This document shows, piece after piece, positions 1 to 9,772 of a DNA stretch of 64,000 bases. Position numbers and translations under genes: made by a program. The stretch comes from Bacilli bacterium (GTDB lineage Bacteria; Bacillota_I; Bacilli_A; RF39; UBA660), in contig CAAGEE010000009.1 of the NCBI GenBank assembly GCA_900768815.1, positions 12,930 to 76,929 on the forward strand, read 5' to 3'. How positions within the stretch are numbered: the first letter of the stretch is position 1; each line of letters starts with the position of its first letter. The notes beneath the pieces were generated by a model. That model ran no database searches and was not told the origin of the DNA. It worked only from the letters and a program-made list of their open reading frames with translations.

Positions 1-407
1 GTGCTAGTGTATTAATGAAAACAACTTACTTAGATAATTATATTATTTACAATGCTGCTGAATTATTAAAAGATGTACCTGGATTCTTATTCGCACCAAT
101 GAATTATATAATTCATATTATATTATCAGTATTAGTGCCATCATCATCTGGTCTAGCAGCACTATCTGCTCCAATTATTGGACCATTAGCTGGTCAACTT
201 GGACATAGTGTTGAAGCTACAATAATGACTTTAGTAGCAGCAAATGGACTAGTAAACTTAATTACTCCAACTTGTGGAGCAATCATGGGTGGTTTAGCAC
301 TTGCTAAAGTAGAATATAGTACATGGGTAAAATGGGCAGGAAAAGTAGTTTTAACAATTGCTATTGCTAATATTATCCTATTAACATTATTCACACTAAT
401 ATTTTAA
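1..407 (+). CDS. C-terminal fragment of a polytopic membrane transporter (YfcC/DcuC-like anaerobic carrier family); the 5' end lies outside the window
   Basis: The reading frame is open to the window edge (no stop between nt 3 and 407). The product is hydrophobic and G/A-rich, with typical transporter helices (…LAAANGLVNLITPTCGAIMGGLALAK…). The family call is from recollection only. Confidence 0.45.
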   Translation, partial: ASVLMKTTYLDNYIIYNAAELLKDVPGFLFAPMNYIIHIILSVLVPSSSGLAALSAPIIGPLAGQLGHSVEATIMTLVAANGLVNLITPTCGAIMGGLALAKVEYSTWVKWAGKVVLTIAIANIILLTLFTLIF

Positions 408-417
408 TAGTTAACAA

Positions 418-447
418 AAAGGCTCAAAAACTTGGGCTTTTTTATTT
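418..447 (+). terminator. rho-independent terminator (GCUCAA-AAAC-UUGGGC hairpin followed by a U-run)
   Basis: An inverted repeat with one G-U wobble is followed by TTTTTTATTT, immediately after the stop at 405-407. Confidence 0.6.
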
Positions 448-496
448 GCCGGAAAAATGGTATAGTAAACTTATAAAATAGCATAAGGAGAAAAAT

Positions 497-1150
497 ATGA
501 AGACATGTAAAAGTATCTTAAAAAACTTATTAACAATAGAGAGTCTTATACTCCTAGTATCAACAATTATCTATACGAATTTAATATCAAACATTTCCTT
601 TAATGGAGGAACAATCCTAATACTTATGTTTATGTTCATTCTAGATATAAAGAATTTATATAAGACAAAAAAACAAACAATTAATAATATAAGTTACTAT
701 TTACTAAACATCCCTCTATTAGGTATAGTTACATTTTATATAATCAAAAGTTTTATCTTATTCTTTACTAATTCTGAGAACTACTCATCATTATTCTTTT
801 ATAATCATTTATTAATACTATATATAATTACTCTTGTTAGTATCGTTAGTCAGTATTTTTATAAAAAGACTATAACACCAAGCTTTCAAATTACGATCAA
901 TAAAATATTACTTATAACTATACTACTTTCCATAATACCTTTCTTCAGTAACAGTACAACTATCATAATGGGAATAAATATTGCTATAATAGTCTTTTCT
1001 ATCATAAAGTTATTATTTCTAAAATTTGCCTCATCCGTAGAATTAGATATTATTTATCTAATTCTATTAATACTATGTATAGTTGTTGCTAATCCAGTCA
1101 GTGTAGTTCTATTCATTAATTATTTTATTGAACAAACTATGGCAAATTAA
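497..1150 (+). CDS. hypothetical polytopic membrane protein (about 6 TM)
   Basis: 217-aa ORF, strongly hydrophobic, with an RBS-like AAGGAGA upstream. I recognise no motifs. Confidence 0.5.
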   Translation: MKTCKSILKNLLTIESLILLVSTIIYTNLISNISFNGGTILILMFMFILDIKNLYKTKKQTINNISYYLLNIPLLGIVTFYIIKSFILFFTNSENYSSLFFYNHLLILYIITLVSIVSQYFYKKTITPSFQITINKILLITILLSIIPFFSNSTTIIMGINIAIIVFSIIKLLFLKFASSVELDIIYLILLILCIVVANPVSVVLFINYFIEQTMAN

Positions 1151-1274
1151 TCTTAAAACTAAAACTCAACCTGAACTAATCAAGTTGAGCTTTTCTAACT
1201 ATATCATCAATTGAAAAAAAGATTAAAGCATAGTATACTAAACTCATACAAAAAGACCCAAGAGGAGAAAAAGT

Positions 1275-2366
1275 ATGGACCAACAAAAAATAGGTAAGTT
1301 TATCTGTAGTTTACGTAAGAAAAAGAATCTCAGTCAAACTCAATTAGCCGACATGATTCCTATAAGTAGACAAGCAGTAAGTAAATGGGAACGAGGAATA
1401 ACTATTCCGGACTCTTCCGTATTAATAAAACTAAGTGAAATATTCGCTGTATCAATTAATGAAATATTAGCCGGAGAAAAAATTCCAAAAAAGAGCATAA
1501 AAACACTCGAAAAAGTAACTCTAAATATATTAGACGAAACTAACGAAGAAAGTAAAAAAATTAAGAAAATATCTCTTACTTTTACAGCGGTAATATTAAT
1601 ACTACTTATCACCTTTTTATCATATTATTTTCTTAACTCCTATAATTCTATAAAAGTTTATAGAGTAGATGGCGAAGGAAAAAACTTCGCAACTACCAAT
1701 GGTATTTTTATCACAACAAGACAAAAGACATATTTTAGATTAGGTGAAATAACTCATGAACCAAATGTAAAAATATCCAAAATAAAATTATATTACAAGA
1801 TAAAAAACAAAGACTACTTACTTGTTGAAACAGAGTCGGAAAGCCTTCTCCTAACTGACTATTATGGTTATGATGCTTATTTCCCATTTAACAAAGTAAA
1901 CACTATAATTAAAAATTTATATCTTCAAATAACTTTTTCTAACTCCCAAAAAGAAACAATAAAATTAAATGTAATAAAAGACTTTTCAAATAATAACATA
2001 ATCTTTCAAAAGAAAACTAAAATATCAGATGGTACTTCTTCAAAAACTACTAAATCAGAATTAACTCCAGAGAAAAAGAATATAATTGAAAGTATCAAAA
2101 ATAAAGGAATAAAAGATAGAGATGGTTATATTTATGAAACTGTTAATCTTATCTTCGTATATTTTGAAGAAGAAAAACAATTAGAAGTAATTAAAACAGA
2201 AGACAATCAAAAAGAAGAGTGGTTTTATTTCTTAGAAACAGATTATTTATTTTATCAAAAATCAACTAATACAAAAATTATTTCTAAAGAATCTTCATCT
2301 GATAAAGATGACAATCTACATCAAAACTTTACCGATAATTACCTAAACAAATACCTACTATCCTGA
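1275..2366 (+). CDS. XRE-family helix-turn-helix transcriptional regulator with a single TM anchor and a ~240-aa extracytoplasmic C-terminal domain
   Basis: The N-terminus …LSQTQLADMIPISRQAVSKWERG… is a classic Cro/C1 HTH. The hydrophobic stretch AVILILLITFLSYYF sits at about residues 105-125. RBS: GAGGAG. Confidence 0.7.
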   Translation: MDQQKIGKFICSLRKKKNLSQTQLADMIPISRQAVSKWERGITIPDSSVLIKLSEIFAVSINEILAGEKIPKKSIKTLEKVTLNILDETNEESKKIKKISLTFTAVILILLITFLSYYFLNSYNSIKVYRVDGEGKNFATTNGIFITTRQKTYFRLGEITHEPNVKISKIKLYYKIKNKDYLLVETESESLLLTDYYGYDAYFPFNKVNTIIKNLYLQITFSNSQKETIKLNVIKDFSNNNIIFQKKTKISDGTSSKTTKSELTPEKKNIIESIKNKGIKDRDGYIYETVNLIFVYFEEEKQLEVIKTEDNQKEEWFYFLETDYLFYQKSTNTKIISKESSSDKDDNLHQNFTDNYLNKYLLS

Positions 2367-2397
2367 CTAGAACTTAACAAGTTCTAGTCTTTTCTTT
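2365..2397 (+). terminator. rho-independent terminator (CTAGAAC-ttaacaa-GTTCTAG plus a T-run)
   Basis: A perfect 7-bp inverted repeat overlaps the stop codon and is followed by TCTTTTCTTTT. Confidence 0.65.
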
Positions 2398-2912
2398 TAT
2401 TAATATATTAAAATAAGGACAAGAAAAGAGAATATGAAAAAATCAAGAAGTTACAAAAAAAACAATAATAGGTAGTAGCACAACAACAAGAGGAAGTATT
2501 CATACAACAGTAACAATCAATTAAAAATAGCAGCCTCATGCACAAGCATGTATTATGTTTCTGCCACGTTAACATGGCTAAGTAATACAAGTGTAAGAAG
2601 TTATGATGTCATTAGTGCATACTTTAATGGAAGTGGTTTAAGTTTAAATATTACTCCAAAAATATCATCTAGTAACCCAACTTTAGCAATCAGCCAAAAT
2701 TACAGCTTTTCATATCTTGGATATGGTCACGTATTTTTATTTAATGGAAACACCCAAAATATTTATGATACAATGCAAGGTGTAGACATAACAATTTAAA
2801 AGTAAGAAGAGTGAAGTATTATGTACTACAGTGCATGCGTAAGGATTTGCATCGCACAATAGAAAGGAGGTAAAAGTAGTACTATTTAATAAAAATAAGA
2901 AAGGAAAAAAAA

Positions 2913-3344
2913 ATGAAAAGAAAAATAGCAATATTAGGAGCAACAATTATGTTGATTCCTATAATAACATTAGCAGCCGCAGCATCGTATACAAGTACAT
3001 TATATATTTCACCAGGGTCAACACATACAGGAGCTGTAAGAGATTATACGAACACAAATCACAAAATTAGTATAAGAGCAGATTCATTTCCAGCTCCTGA
3101 ACTTTCACAAAAATTAGTAATCAAAATTGGAACAAAAGGAATATTTGGAGATTTTAACAGCAAGGCAACTAAGGTAGCAAGTTTGTCACTTGGAAATACA
3201 ACAACAACCTATATGGGAAATATAGGTTCTGGTAAAAAGCTATATAGTTTTAGTGCATTTGAAAATGCCGCAACTGGTAGTGGTGGTACTGGTGCATATT
3301 ACTCAGGAGTAAATTCCGATTATGTAAAAATGCAAAGTTACTAA
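2913..3344 (+). CDS. small secreted protein (signal peptide; mature ~115 aa, G/S/T/Y-rich), possibly a lactococcin-972-like bacteriocin
   Basis: N-terminal MKRKIAILGATIMLIPIITLAAAAS is signal-peptide-like with no lipobox Cys. RBS: AAGGAAAAAAAAATG. The gene sits directly 5' of an ABC exporter operon. Confidence 0.6.
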   Translation: MKRKIAILGATIMLIPIITLAAAASYTSTLYISPGSTHTGAVRDYTNTNHKISIRADSFPAPELSQKLVIKIGTKGIFGDFNSKATKVASLSLGNTTTTYMGNIGSGKKLYSFSAFENAATGSGGTGAYYSGVNSDYVKMQSY

Positions 3345-3406
3345 AAAATATAATGTAAATAAATAGGCCGATATAAATTCAGCCTATTATTAAATCGGAG
3401 GTCATA

Positions 3407-4087
3407 ATGATTAATATTGAACTAAATTCTTGCACTAAAACATATATCAAAAATAAAGAAGAAATAACAGCCGTAAACAATGTAAATTTTAAATTTGAAT
3501 CTGGTAAGTTTTATGTAATTACTGGAAAGAGTGGTTCTGGCAAAACAACTCTCTTACAATGTGTAGGAACTATAGATACCTTTTCTTCTGGAACACTAAA
3601 AATAAATAATAAAGATGTAAGTCATTTATCAAGTAATCATCTTGCTGATATTAGAAAAGAAAATATTGGCTTTATCTACCAACAAATATATCTTAATTCT
3701 AATTTAACAGCCCTAGAAAATGTAATAGTACCTTTATATTTATCTAAAATGCCAAAAGAAAAGCGTCTACAAAAAGGAAAAAAATTACTAGAACAAGTTG
3801 ACATGTTACATAGAAAAAATCATTTTCCAAAAGAATTATCTGGAGGAGAACAACAACGAATTTCTATTGCCCGTGCTCTTGCTAATAATCCAAGTATAAT
3901 CTTAGCCGATGAGCCAACTGCCTCTCTAGATTCAGAAAACGAAGAAAAGATTTATCAAACATTTAAAAAGATAGTTAAAGACGGTAAATGTGTAATTGTA
4001 GTAAGTCATAATAGTAAGGCCCTAAACTATGCTGATGTAGTTTTAAAAATGAAGAATGGAAGTTTGGAGATTATAAAAAATGCATAA
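3407..4087 (+). CDS. ABC transporter ATP-binding protein (MacB/LolD/FtsE-type)
   Basis: Walker [13 protein letters not shown] signature [15 protein letters not shown] and Walker B ILADEPT are all present. The stop overlaps the next gene's start. Confidence 0.9.
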   Translation: MINIELNSCTKTYIKNKEEITAVNNVNFKFESGKFYVITGKSGSGKTTLLQCVGTIDTFSSGTLKINNKDVSHLSSNHLADIRKENIGFIYQQIYLNSNLTALENVIVPLYLSKMPKEKRLQKGKKLLEQVDMLHRKNHFPKELSGGEQQRISIARALANNPSIILADEPTASLDSENEEKIYQTFKKIVKDGKCVIVVSHNSKALNYADVVLKMKNGSLEIIKNA

Positions 4088-5300
4088 GGATATTTACAAA
4101 GACTACGTTTTAACAAACATTCTAAGAGAAAAAAGAAATACTAAAACAATAATTATATTATTTTTTCTAGCCCTTACTATAATCTTTATTTTTTCATACA
4201 AAAAGACTATTGAAACATATTTCATTGCTGGTATTGAGAAAGATCCTGGCTATAGAACAATATCAGTACTTAGAAACGAAGATACCGAAGAAAAAACTGC
4301 CATTAGTGAAATAAAAAAGATAAATCACGTAGATGCCGTATTTAGTGATACTGCTTATTACACAATCTTAACTACCAAAAACAAATATTTTTCTGGAGAC
4401 TTTTCTCTAACTGGAAGTACTAGTAAGACTCATCCACCAGTAACAGCAGGTAAAAGTATTCAAAATAAAAACGAAATAGTTTGTCCGGAAATATTTTATC
4501 CATCAGAAAATATTGGTGCCGATAAAAATCTAAAAAGGCAAGACTTCATAACTATGAAAAAACTAATAGGCCAAGAAATAGTAGTAGAATATCCTAAGAT
4601 AATAAATGAAAATACAGATGAACTAGAAATGAAAACAACAAAATTAAAAATAGTTGGAACCTATAAAAACAGTAAAGCCTATCTTGACGAATCAAGTTGT
4701 TATGGCGACTATAATTTATTAGGAGAAATATATAATGATACCTATGAAAATGTAGATTTATCAAATCAAATTGACTCAATAGTAGTTCAAGTAGATTCGA
4801 TAAACAATGTAGATTCAGTAATCAATGAGTTAAACTCTCTAAGAAAATATAATAGTAGCCGAATTTTAGAATTTGACTATTCTCTAATAGATATTTTAAA
4901 TACCATAGTCTATGTAGTAACAATACTATGCCTAATCTTTTCTTTTATAACGATTATTTATATAACTGAAAAGAATCTTAATCTACTCATAATAAATACC
5001 AATATTTTAAGAACTATTGGATACAAGAACAAAGATATAGAAAAATTAAATTATCTAAATACTAACTTTTTAGTCCTTATAATTTCTCTTATCATTATTA
5101 TATCTATTACAATATTTCAAATTATCTATAAAACAATTATTTATTTTAGACCATTAATATTTTCTAAAATACCAATTTGTATAGACTGTAGTTCTATAGT
5201 TTTATCAATTCTAGTAATAGCTCTTACATATAACATTTCTACAAGTATTTATAATAAAAAAGTCTTTAATATGAACATAATCGAAAGTATAAAGGAGTAA
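4080..5300 (+). CDS. ABC transporter permease, FtsX/MacB-like (TM1, a large extracytoplasmic domain, then 3 C-terminal TM)
   Basis: Hydrophobic segments fall at residues ~22-40 and three more after ~260. Start overlaps the ATPase (ATGCATAA); FtsX-type topology. Confidence 0.65.
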   Translation: MHKDIYKDYVLTNILREKRNTKTIIILFFLALTIIFIFSYKKTIETYFIAGIEKDPGYRTISVLRNEDTEEKTAISEIKKINHVDAVFSDTAYYTILTTKNKYFSGDFSLTGSTSKTHPPVTAGKSIQNKNEIVCPEIFYPSENIGADKNLKRQDFITMKKLIGQEIVVEYPKIINENTDELEMKTTKLKIVGTYKNSKAYLDESSCYGDYNLLGEIYNDTYENVDLSNQIDSIVVQVDSINNVDSVINELNSLRKYNSSRILEFDYSLIDILNTIVYVVTILCLIFSFITIIYITEKNLNLLIINTNILRTIGYKNKDIEKLNYLNTNFLVLIISLIIIISITIFQIIYKTIIYFRPLIFSKIPICIDCSSIVLSILVIALTYNISTSIYNKKVFNMNIIESIKE

Positions 5301-5301
5301 T

Positions 5302-6333
5302 ATGCTAAACATTATCACAAGAAAAAATAAAAGTAATAAAAAATACTATTTTCTCTACATCTTCACAAACATAATTTTAATAGTACTACTTACTAGTCAT
5401 TATTATATTAACAATATATATACTTCTACTATTAAAAACAAACTACAAAATAGAGTTTTAACTATCGGCTGCACTACAGAAAATATTAATAGTCTAAATA
5501 AAATAAATCACATCACTTCAGTTTCAAAGTACTACCAAAGTACTATAATGTTTGATACTAACAACAGTAAATATGTCTTAAACTACTACAATTTAAACTT
5601 TGGAAAAGTACATACATCAAACTTATCGTCTAATCAAGTTATAGTCTCAAACGACATAAAGTCAAATTCAATAACACTTTACCTAAATAACGAAAAGTAT
5701 ATCTTCAAAGTAGTAGGTAAACACGATAATAAATATCTTAATACAAATGAAATAATTGTATCAGAAGAGTTTATGAAAAAGCTAAATAAAGGACTTTCTA
5801 AAAATGAATTTAATATTATAGTTGATGATTATAATAATATAAATTATGTTTCTAAAGAACTGTCAAAAAATAACTGTGAAGTACTAATTCAAAATGACTC
5901 AAACCAACAAAATATTAAAATGTATAATCTTATCTTAAAAGTATTCTTGATAGGGGAAGTACTAATAATTCTACTAATAGTAAACACTCTAACACTTCTA
6001 ACAAAAGACTTAATAAATACTAATAGTAAAGATATAGCTCTCCTAAAAATATATGGTTTTCATAATTCAAAAATTTTAAAATTACTAGTCTTAAGTATAA
6101 GCAAAGAAAATATAAAAAATTCACTCTTAATATATATTATTCTAAGTATAGTATATACATTTTTAACCAAGTTTCACTTAATCTCAAAGACCTACTTAAA
6201 CTACCTTGAATTTATGGTAATAATACTATTAATTATAATTCTCATTTCTATACTATTAATCATAATTTCCATACTAAGTTTAAGAAAACAAAATCAAAAA
6301 CCTATTATTTCTCTCCTAAAAGAGAACTCATAA
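5302..6333 (+). CDS. second FtsX-like ABC permease subunit
   Basis: Same 1+3 TM topology with an extracytoplasmic domain. It starts 2 nt after the previous stop. Confidence 0.6.
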   Translation: MLNIITRKNKSNKKYYFLYIFTNIILIVLLTSHYYINNIYTSTIKNKLQNRVLTIGCTTENINSLNKINHITSVSKYYQSTIMFDTNNSKYVLNYYNLNFGKVHTSNLSSNQVIVSNDIKSNSITLYLNNEKYIFKVVGKHDNKYLNTNEIIVSEEFMKKLNKGLSKNEFNIIVDDYNNINYVSKELSKNNCEVLIQNDSNQQNIKMYNLILKVFLIGEVLIILLIVNTLTLLTKDLINTNSKDIALLKIYGFHNSKILKLLVLSISKENIKNSLLIYIILSIVYTFLTKFHLISKTYLNYLEFMVIILLIIILISILLIIISILSLRKQNQKPIISLLKENS

Positions 6334-6497
6334 ATAGTACTATATACCAGTGAACTGAACTCAAAAAGTTGGACAGTTTATAAAGTATTAAATACAAATA
6401 GGTAAATATAAGAGATTACTAATATTGTTTAAAATAAATTTCTATGCATTTAAAAAATATTGGTACAAGCCAATATAGCAAAAAACATCACCTAACT

Positions 6498-6537
6498 AAA
6501 AAGCCCGTCTCCATGTTTTAGAAACGAGCTTTTCTAT
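6498..6537. terminator. bidirectional rho-independent terminator between convergent genes
   Basis: The hairpin GCCCGTCTCC…GAAACGAGC (with G-U wobbles) is flanked by A-runs on the 5' side and T-runs on the 3' side. Confidence 0.55.
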
Positions 6538-6559
6538 TTATAAATCAATCTAACTTTTC

Positions 6560-7558
6560 TTACTTCTCACTATAAATCAATTTATCGTATGAAACTTTAC
6601 TATTTAAAACACCATTATCTATCATAATATCTTGTAAATGATCAAATGATTCTTCACTAAATTTAGTAGTCTTAGGCCAAGCATCTATCTTTCTATATCT
6701 AGCAACTACTATTTCTAAATCATTTAGTGAAGTATCAGGAAATTGACTAAGTATTGCTTCTGCTACTTCTTTGTCAGAACTATTATGTACAAAGTCTAAT
6801 CCTTTTTGAATTGCCTTTGTAAAATTACTAATCAATTCACTATTTTTCTCAATATAACTTCCTCTTGCTGAATAAGATGTATATGGCACAACTCCACCAA
6901 GTTCTCCTATACTAGCAACAACATATCCATAGCCTTGTTGTTCTATTTCTAAGGCATTAGGCTCAAATAATGTAACAAAGTCTCCTTGACCAGAAATAAA
7001 TGCTCCACCCATTGCTGCAAAAGCAATAGAAGTATCTATCTCTAAATCATTTTTTGGATTAATTCCATTCTGTTTAAGTGCCCATTCAAAAGTCATCTCT
7101 GGCATACCACCAGCACGTCCTCCAATAACACTTTTTCCTTTTAAATCATTCAAAGTAAAATTATCAATTTTTTCTCTAGATACTAAGAATGATCCATCTT
7201 TTTGTGTAAGTTGTGCAAAAGTCTTCAAATAGTCTTTTTCTTTTGCATTATAAACATAAATTGTTCCCTCACTTCCACAAAAACCAATATCAGCATCACC
7301 TGATAATACAGCCGCTGTAACCTTATCAGCACCAGCAGTTAAGATAAGATCTATATCAATTCCAACTTCCTTAAAATAACCTTTTTCAATAGCAACATAC
7401 TGTGGAGCATAGAAAATTGTATGGGCAACCTCTGCCAACGTCACTTTTGTTCTTTTATTCTCATTTTTCTTAGAATGGTTAAAATCTAAAAATAGGGAAC
7501 CTACCATTAGAAAAACTAAAGCAAAAAACAAACAATAATATAAAATATTCTTTTTCAT
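6560..7558 (-). CDS. substrate-binding protein of the NMT1/SsuA/TauA-like family (ABC-type nitrate/sulfonate/bicarbonate-type SBP); no cognate permease or ATPase adjacent
   Basis: The N-terminal signal anchor is MKKNILYYCLFFALVFLMVGS. The motif …FYAPQYVAIEKGYFKEVGIDIDLILTAGADKVTAAVLSGDADIGF… is typical of NMT1/THI5-like SBPs. I chose the start at the ATG at 7556-7558, which has an RBS (GAAAGGAGA). The longer ORF-track start at 7675 would overlap the divergent gene. Confidence 0.7.
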   Translation of the reverse strand: MKKNILYYCLFFALVFLMVGSLFLDFNHSKKNENKRTKVTLAEVAHTIFYAPQYVAIEKGYFKEVGIDIDLILTAGADKVTAAVLSGDADIGFCGSEGTIYVYNAKEKDYLKTFAQLTQKDGSFLVSREKIDNFTLNDLKGKSVIGGRAGGMPEMTFEWALKQNGINPKNDLEIDTSIAFAAMGGAFISGQGDFVTLFEPNALEIEQQGYGYVVASIGELGGVVPYTSYSARGSYIEKNSELISNFTKAIQKGLDFVHNSSDKEVAEAILSQFPDTSLNDLEIVVARYRKIDAWPKTTKFSEESFDHLQDIMIDNGVLNSKVSYDKLIYSEK

Positions 7559-7637
7559 AAATCTCCTTTCAACTAAAATATTATATGAATAATAGTTCTT
7601 TTGTGTTATATTATTAAGTAGAAAGAAAGGAGAAAAT

Positions 7638-8174
7638 ATGAAAGTATTAGTAATTTCAGATATACATGGTATCAAGACAAATTTGCCTTTAATTAAAGAT
7701 AGATTTATTGAATTAAAATGTGAACTTTTAATAGTATTAGGGGATTTATATTACAACTACGGAAGAGAAGATGCTAAGGATTATGATCCTGAATATGTAA
7801 GAGAATTTTTAGACTCGTTTTCTGATAAAATGATTTGCATGCAAGGAAATTGTGATGAGTATATAGATGTTCATGATGAGCCGTTTGATATTATTCCTGG
7901 TTATTTTAGTACAAAAATAAATGATAAAACTATTTACTTAACTCATGGACATATATATAATAAAAATCACTGGTCTAAAGAAGATTCTATTTTACTTCTA
8001 GGTCATACTCATATTGCTGAAATTACAACTATTGGTACAACTACCTATATTAATCCTGGTTCTATTTCACTACCTTTAGGTAAAGAACCGGCAAGTTATA
8101 TGGTTATTGATGACAATAAATTTACAATTGCTGATATTAATGACCGTATAATTTATGAAAAAGAAATATTATAG
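7638..8174 (+). CDS. metallophosphoesterase, YfcE/MJ0936 family phosphodiesterase
   Basis: Calcineurin-like motif series: SDIHG, GDLYYN, QGNCDE, THGH, GHTH. Confidence 0.85.
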   Translation: MKVLVISDIHGIKTNLPLIKDRFIELKCELLIVLGDLYYNYGREDAKDYDPEYVREFLDSFSDKMICMQGNCDEYIDVHDEPFDIIPGYFSTKINDKTIYLTHGHIYNKNHWSKEDSILLLGHTHIAEITTIGTTTYINPGSISLPLGKEPASYMVIDDNKFTIADINDRIIYEKEIL

Positions 8175-8245
8175 GCAAGATAAACTTGCAAAAAAATAGC
8201 AAATGTGGTATAATATAGCCACATTTGAGGGGAAAGGTGAAAATT

Positions 8246-9772
8246 ATGAAATCAATATTGAAAAAGTTAAAATTTCTAGTTGTTATGATTTTTACGGGAA
8301 TCATAATGACAACCAACGTTTTAAATGTTAGTGCTGCTGCACAAACTATTTCACTAGGTTCAGGAACTAAATTACCTGCATACTTAGCTGATTTATCATT
8401 TAAAACAAAATTATTATCATCTGGTGAATATGTATATTGCTTAGAGTATCATAAGGCAACAAGTCAAAATGTAACAGCAACATTAGTTGGAGAACTAGAT
8501 GCTGGATTTGCTTACTTAATGGAACATGGTTATCCTAAAGCAAGTATAACAGGAGACTCATCAAAAGATTATTATATAACACAAACTGCTGTTTGGTGGT
8601 ATTTAGATGATACTACTGGTTCATCAAACTTAACAAGAGCATTTAAGGAAACAGCAAGTGACCCTAACAATATTCGTAAATATGTAAAAGAATTAGTAGC
8701 TGGAGCTAAACAAGCAAAAGCTAATGGATATGCTAAAACAAGTATTTCGTTATCAACATCAAATAGTGAAATGAAATTATCTAGCAATTCAAAATATTTT
8801 GAATCAGAAAGTTTTACAGTATCATCTACAAATATTAGTACTTACAAAGTTTCAGTAAGTAATGCTCCAACAGGAACAATCGTAACAGATGCTAAAGGAA
8901 ACTCAAAAACAACTTTCAATAAATCCGAAAGTTTTAAAATAAGAATTCCAGCATCAAGTGTAAAAGATACAAACTTAAATATGACAGTTACTGTAAGTGC
9001 AACAGGAACCGTTAATAAAGCATATGAATATAAACCAACAAATAGTAGAATGCAAAATTGCTATCCATCAGTTTTAACTCCAGAAACACAAAATGTTTCA
9101 GCAACAGCTAAGTTAACTTTATCAACATCAAAAATTACAATTATTAAATTAGATAGAGCAACAGATAAATCCTTAGCCGGAGCAACATTAGTATTAAAAG
9201 ATTCTAATGGTAATGAAATAACTAGATGGAAGTCAACAACAAATGCACACGTAATTAGAAACTTAAAAAATGGTAGTTATACAGTTGAAGAAATAGAAGC
9301 TCCAACAGGTTATAAAAAATTAAAAGAACCAATATCATTTAAAGTTACAGATAGTAACAGAAATATTACTGTAAAAGTATACAATGATGCTAAATCAAAT
9401 GTTGTAACAATTACAAAGATTGATGGTTCAACTGGAAAGGCTTTAGCAGGAGCCGTACTAGTAGTTAAAAATGCTAAAGGAGAAGAAGTAGCAAGATTCG
9501 AAACTACAGAAGATCCAAAAGTGTTTACAGATTTAGCTGATGGTACATATACAATTGAAGAAGTACAAGCACCATCTGGTTATAAGAAAAGTAATGATGT
9601 TATCACAATAACAATTGATGAAGAACATGCAACTCATCAAGTTACATTCTACAACTATCCAGAAGTACCTGTACCAGATACAGCAGCAACAAGTTCAATT
9701 ATTATGACTATAATAGGTATATTATTAATAGGTTCTACTGTTGGATTTGTATATAAGAATGCTAAAAAATAA
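8246..9772 (+). CDS. cell-wall-anchored adhesin/pilin-like protein: signal peptide, a TQXA (thioester-type) domain, two CnaB/SpaA-like isopeptide-type domains, and a C-terminal sorting signal (VPDTA, hydrophobic stretch, KNAKK)
   Basis: RBS: GGAAAGGTGA before the ATG at 8246. YVYCLEY (Cys72) and YYITQTAVWWY (Gln120) match the thioester Cys/TQXA motifs. There are two ~95-aa repeats: ITIIKLDRATDKSLAGATLVLKD…YTVEEIEAPTGYKK and VTITKIDGSTGKALAGAVLVVKN…YTIEEVQAPSGYKK. The C-terminus has a TM segment and a positive tail. Confidence 0.7.
   Translation: MKSILKKLKFLVVMIFTGIIMTTNVLNVSAAAQTISLGSGTKLPAYLADLSFKTKLLSSGEYVYCLEYHKATSQNVTATLVGELDAGFAYLMEHGYPKASITGDSSKDYYITQTAVWWYLDDTTGSSNLTRAFKETASDPNNIRKYVKELVAGAKQAKANGYAKTSISLSTSNSEMKLSSNSKYFESESFTVSSTNISTYKVSVSNAPTGTIVTDAKGNSKTTFNKSESFKIRIPASSVKDTNLNMTVTVSATGTVNKAYEYKPTNSRMQNCYPSVLTPETQNVSATAKLTLSTSKITIIKLDRATDKSLAGATLVLKDSNGNEITRWKSTTNAHVIRNLKNGSYTVEEIEAPTGYKKLKEPISFKVTDSNRNITVKVYNDAKSNVVTITKIDGSTGKALAGAVLVVKNAKGEEVARFETTEDPKVFTDLADGTYTIEEVQAPSGYKKSNDVITITIDEEHATHQVTFYNYPEVPVPDTAATSSIIMTIIGILLIGSTVGFVYKNAKK

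Noticed and set aside
194-394. 66-aa antisense ORF inside the truncated transporter gene
   Set aside because: Fully embedded opposite a strongly coding frame, no RBS, and composition typical of antisense AT-rich read-through. The same applies to 1340..1612, 4594..4779, 8572..8787, 12675..12980, 13240..13422, 17044..17238, 18197..18454, 19552..19847, 25916..26230, 26766..26963, 27688..27990, 29405..29605, 35587..35847, 37533..37775, 41058..41288, 43283..43768, 43468..43713, 45726..45917, 47730..47957, 52695..52910, 53557..53763 and 57658..57843.
2408-2946. Three short ORFs (2408..2590 -, 2548..2799 +, 2737..2946 -) in the 500-bp spacer upstream of the secreted-protein gene
   Set aside because: None has an RBS. 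The + strand 83-aa ORF has S/T/N/Y-rich composition reminiscent of the downstream secreted protein, but no signal peptide. I kept it only as a note in the bacteriocin-like finding.
7559-7675. ORF-track N-terminal extension of the SBP gene to 7675 (MIPCISEITNTF…), overlapping the phosphoesterase start
   Set aside because: An internal ATG at 7556-7558 has a good RBS (GAAAGGAGA) and is followed immediately by a signal-anchor sequence. The extension has no RBS and would overlap the divergent gene's promoter and start.
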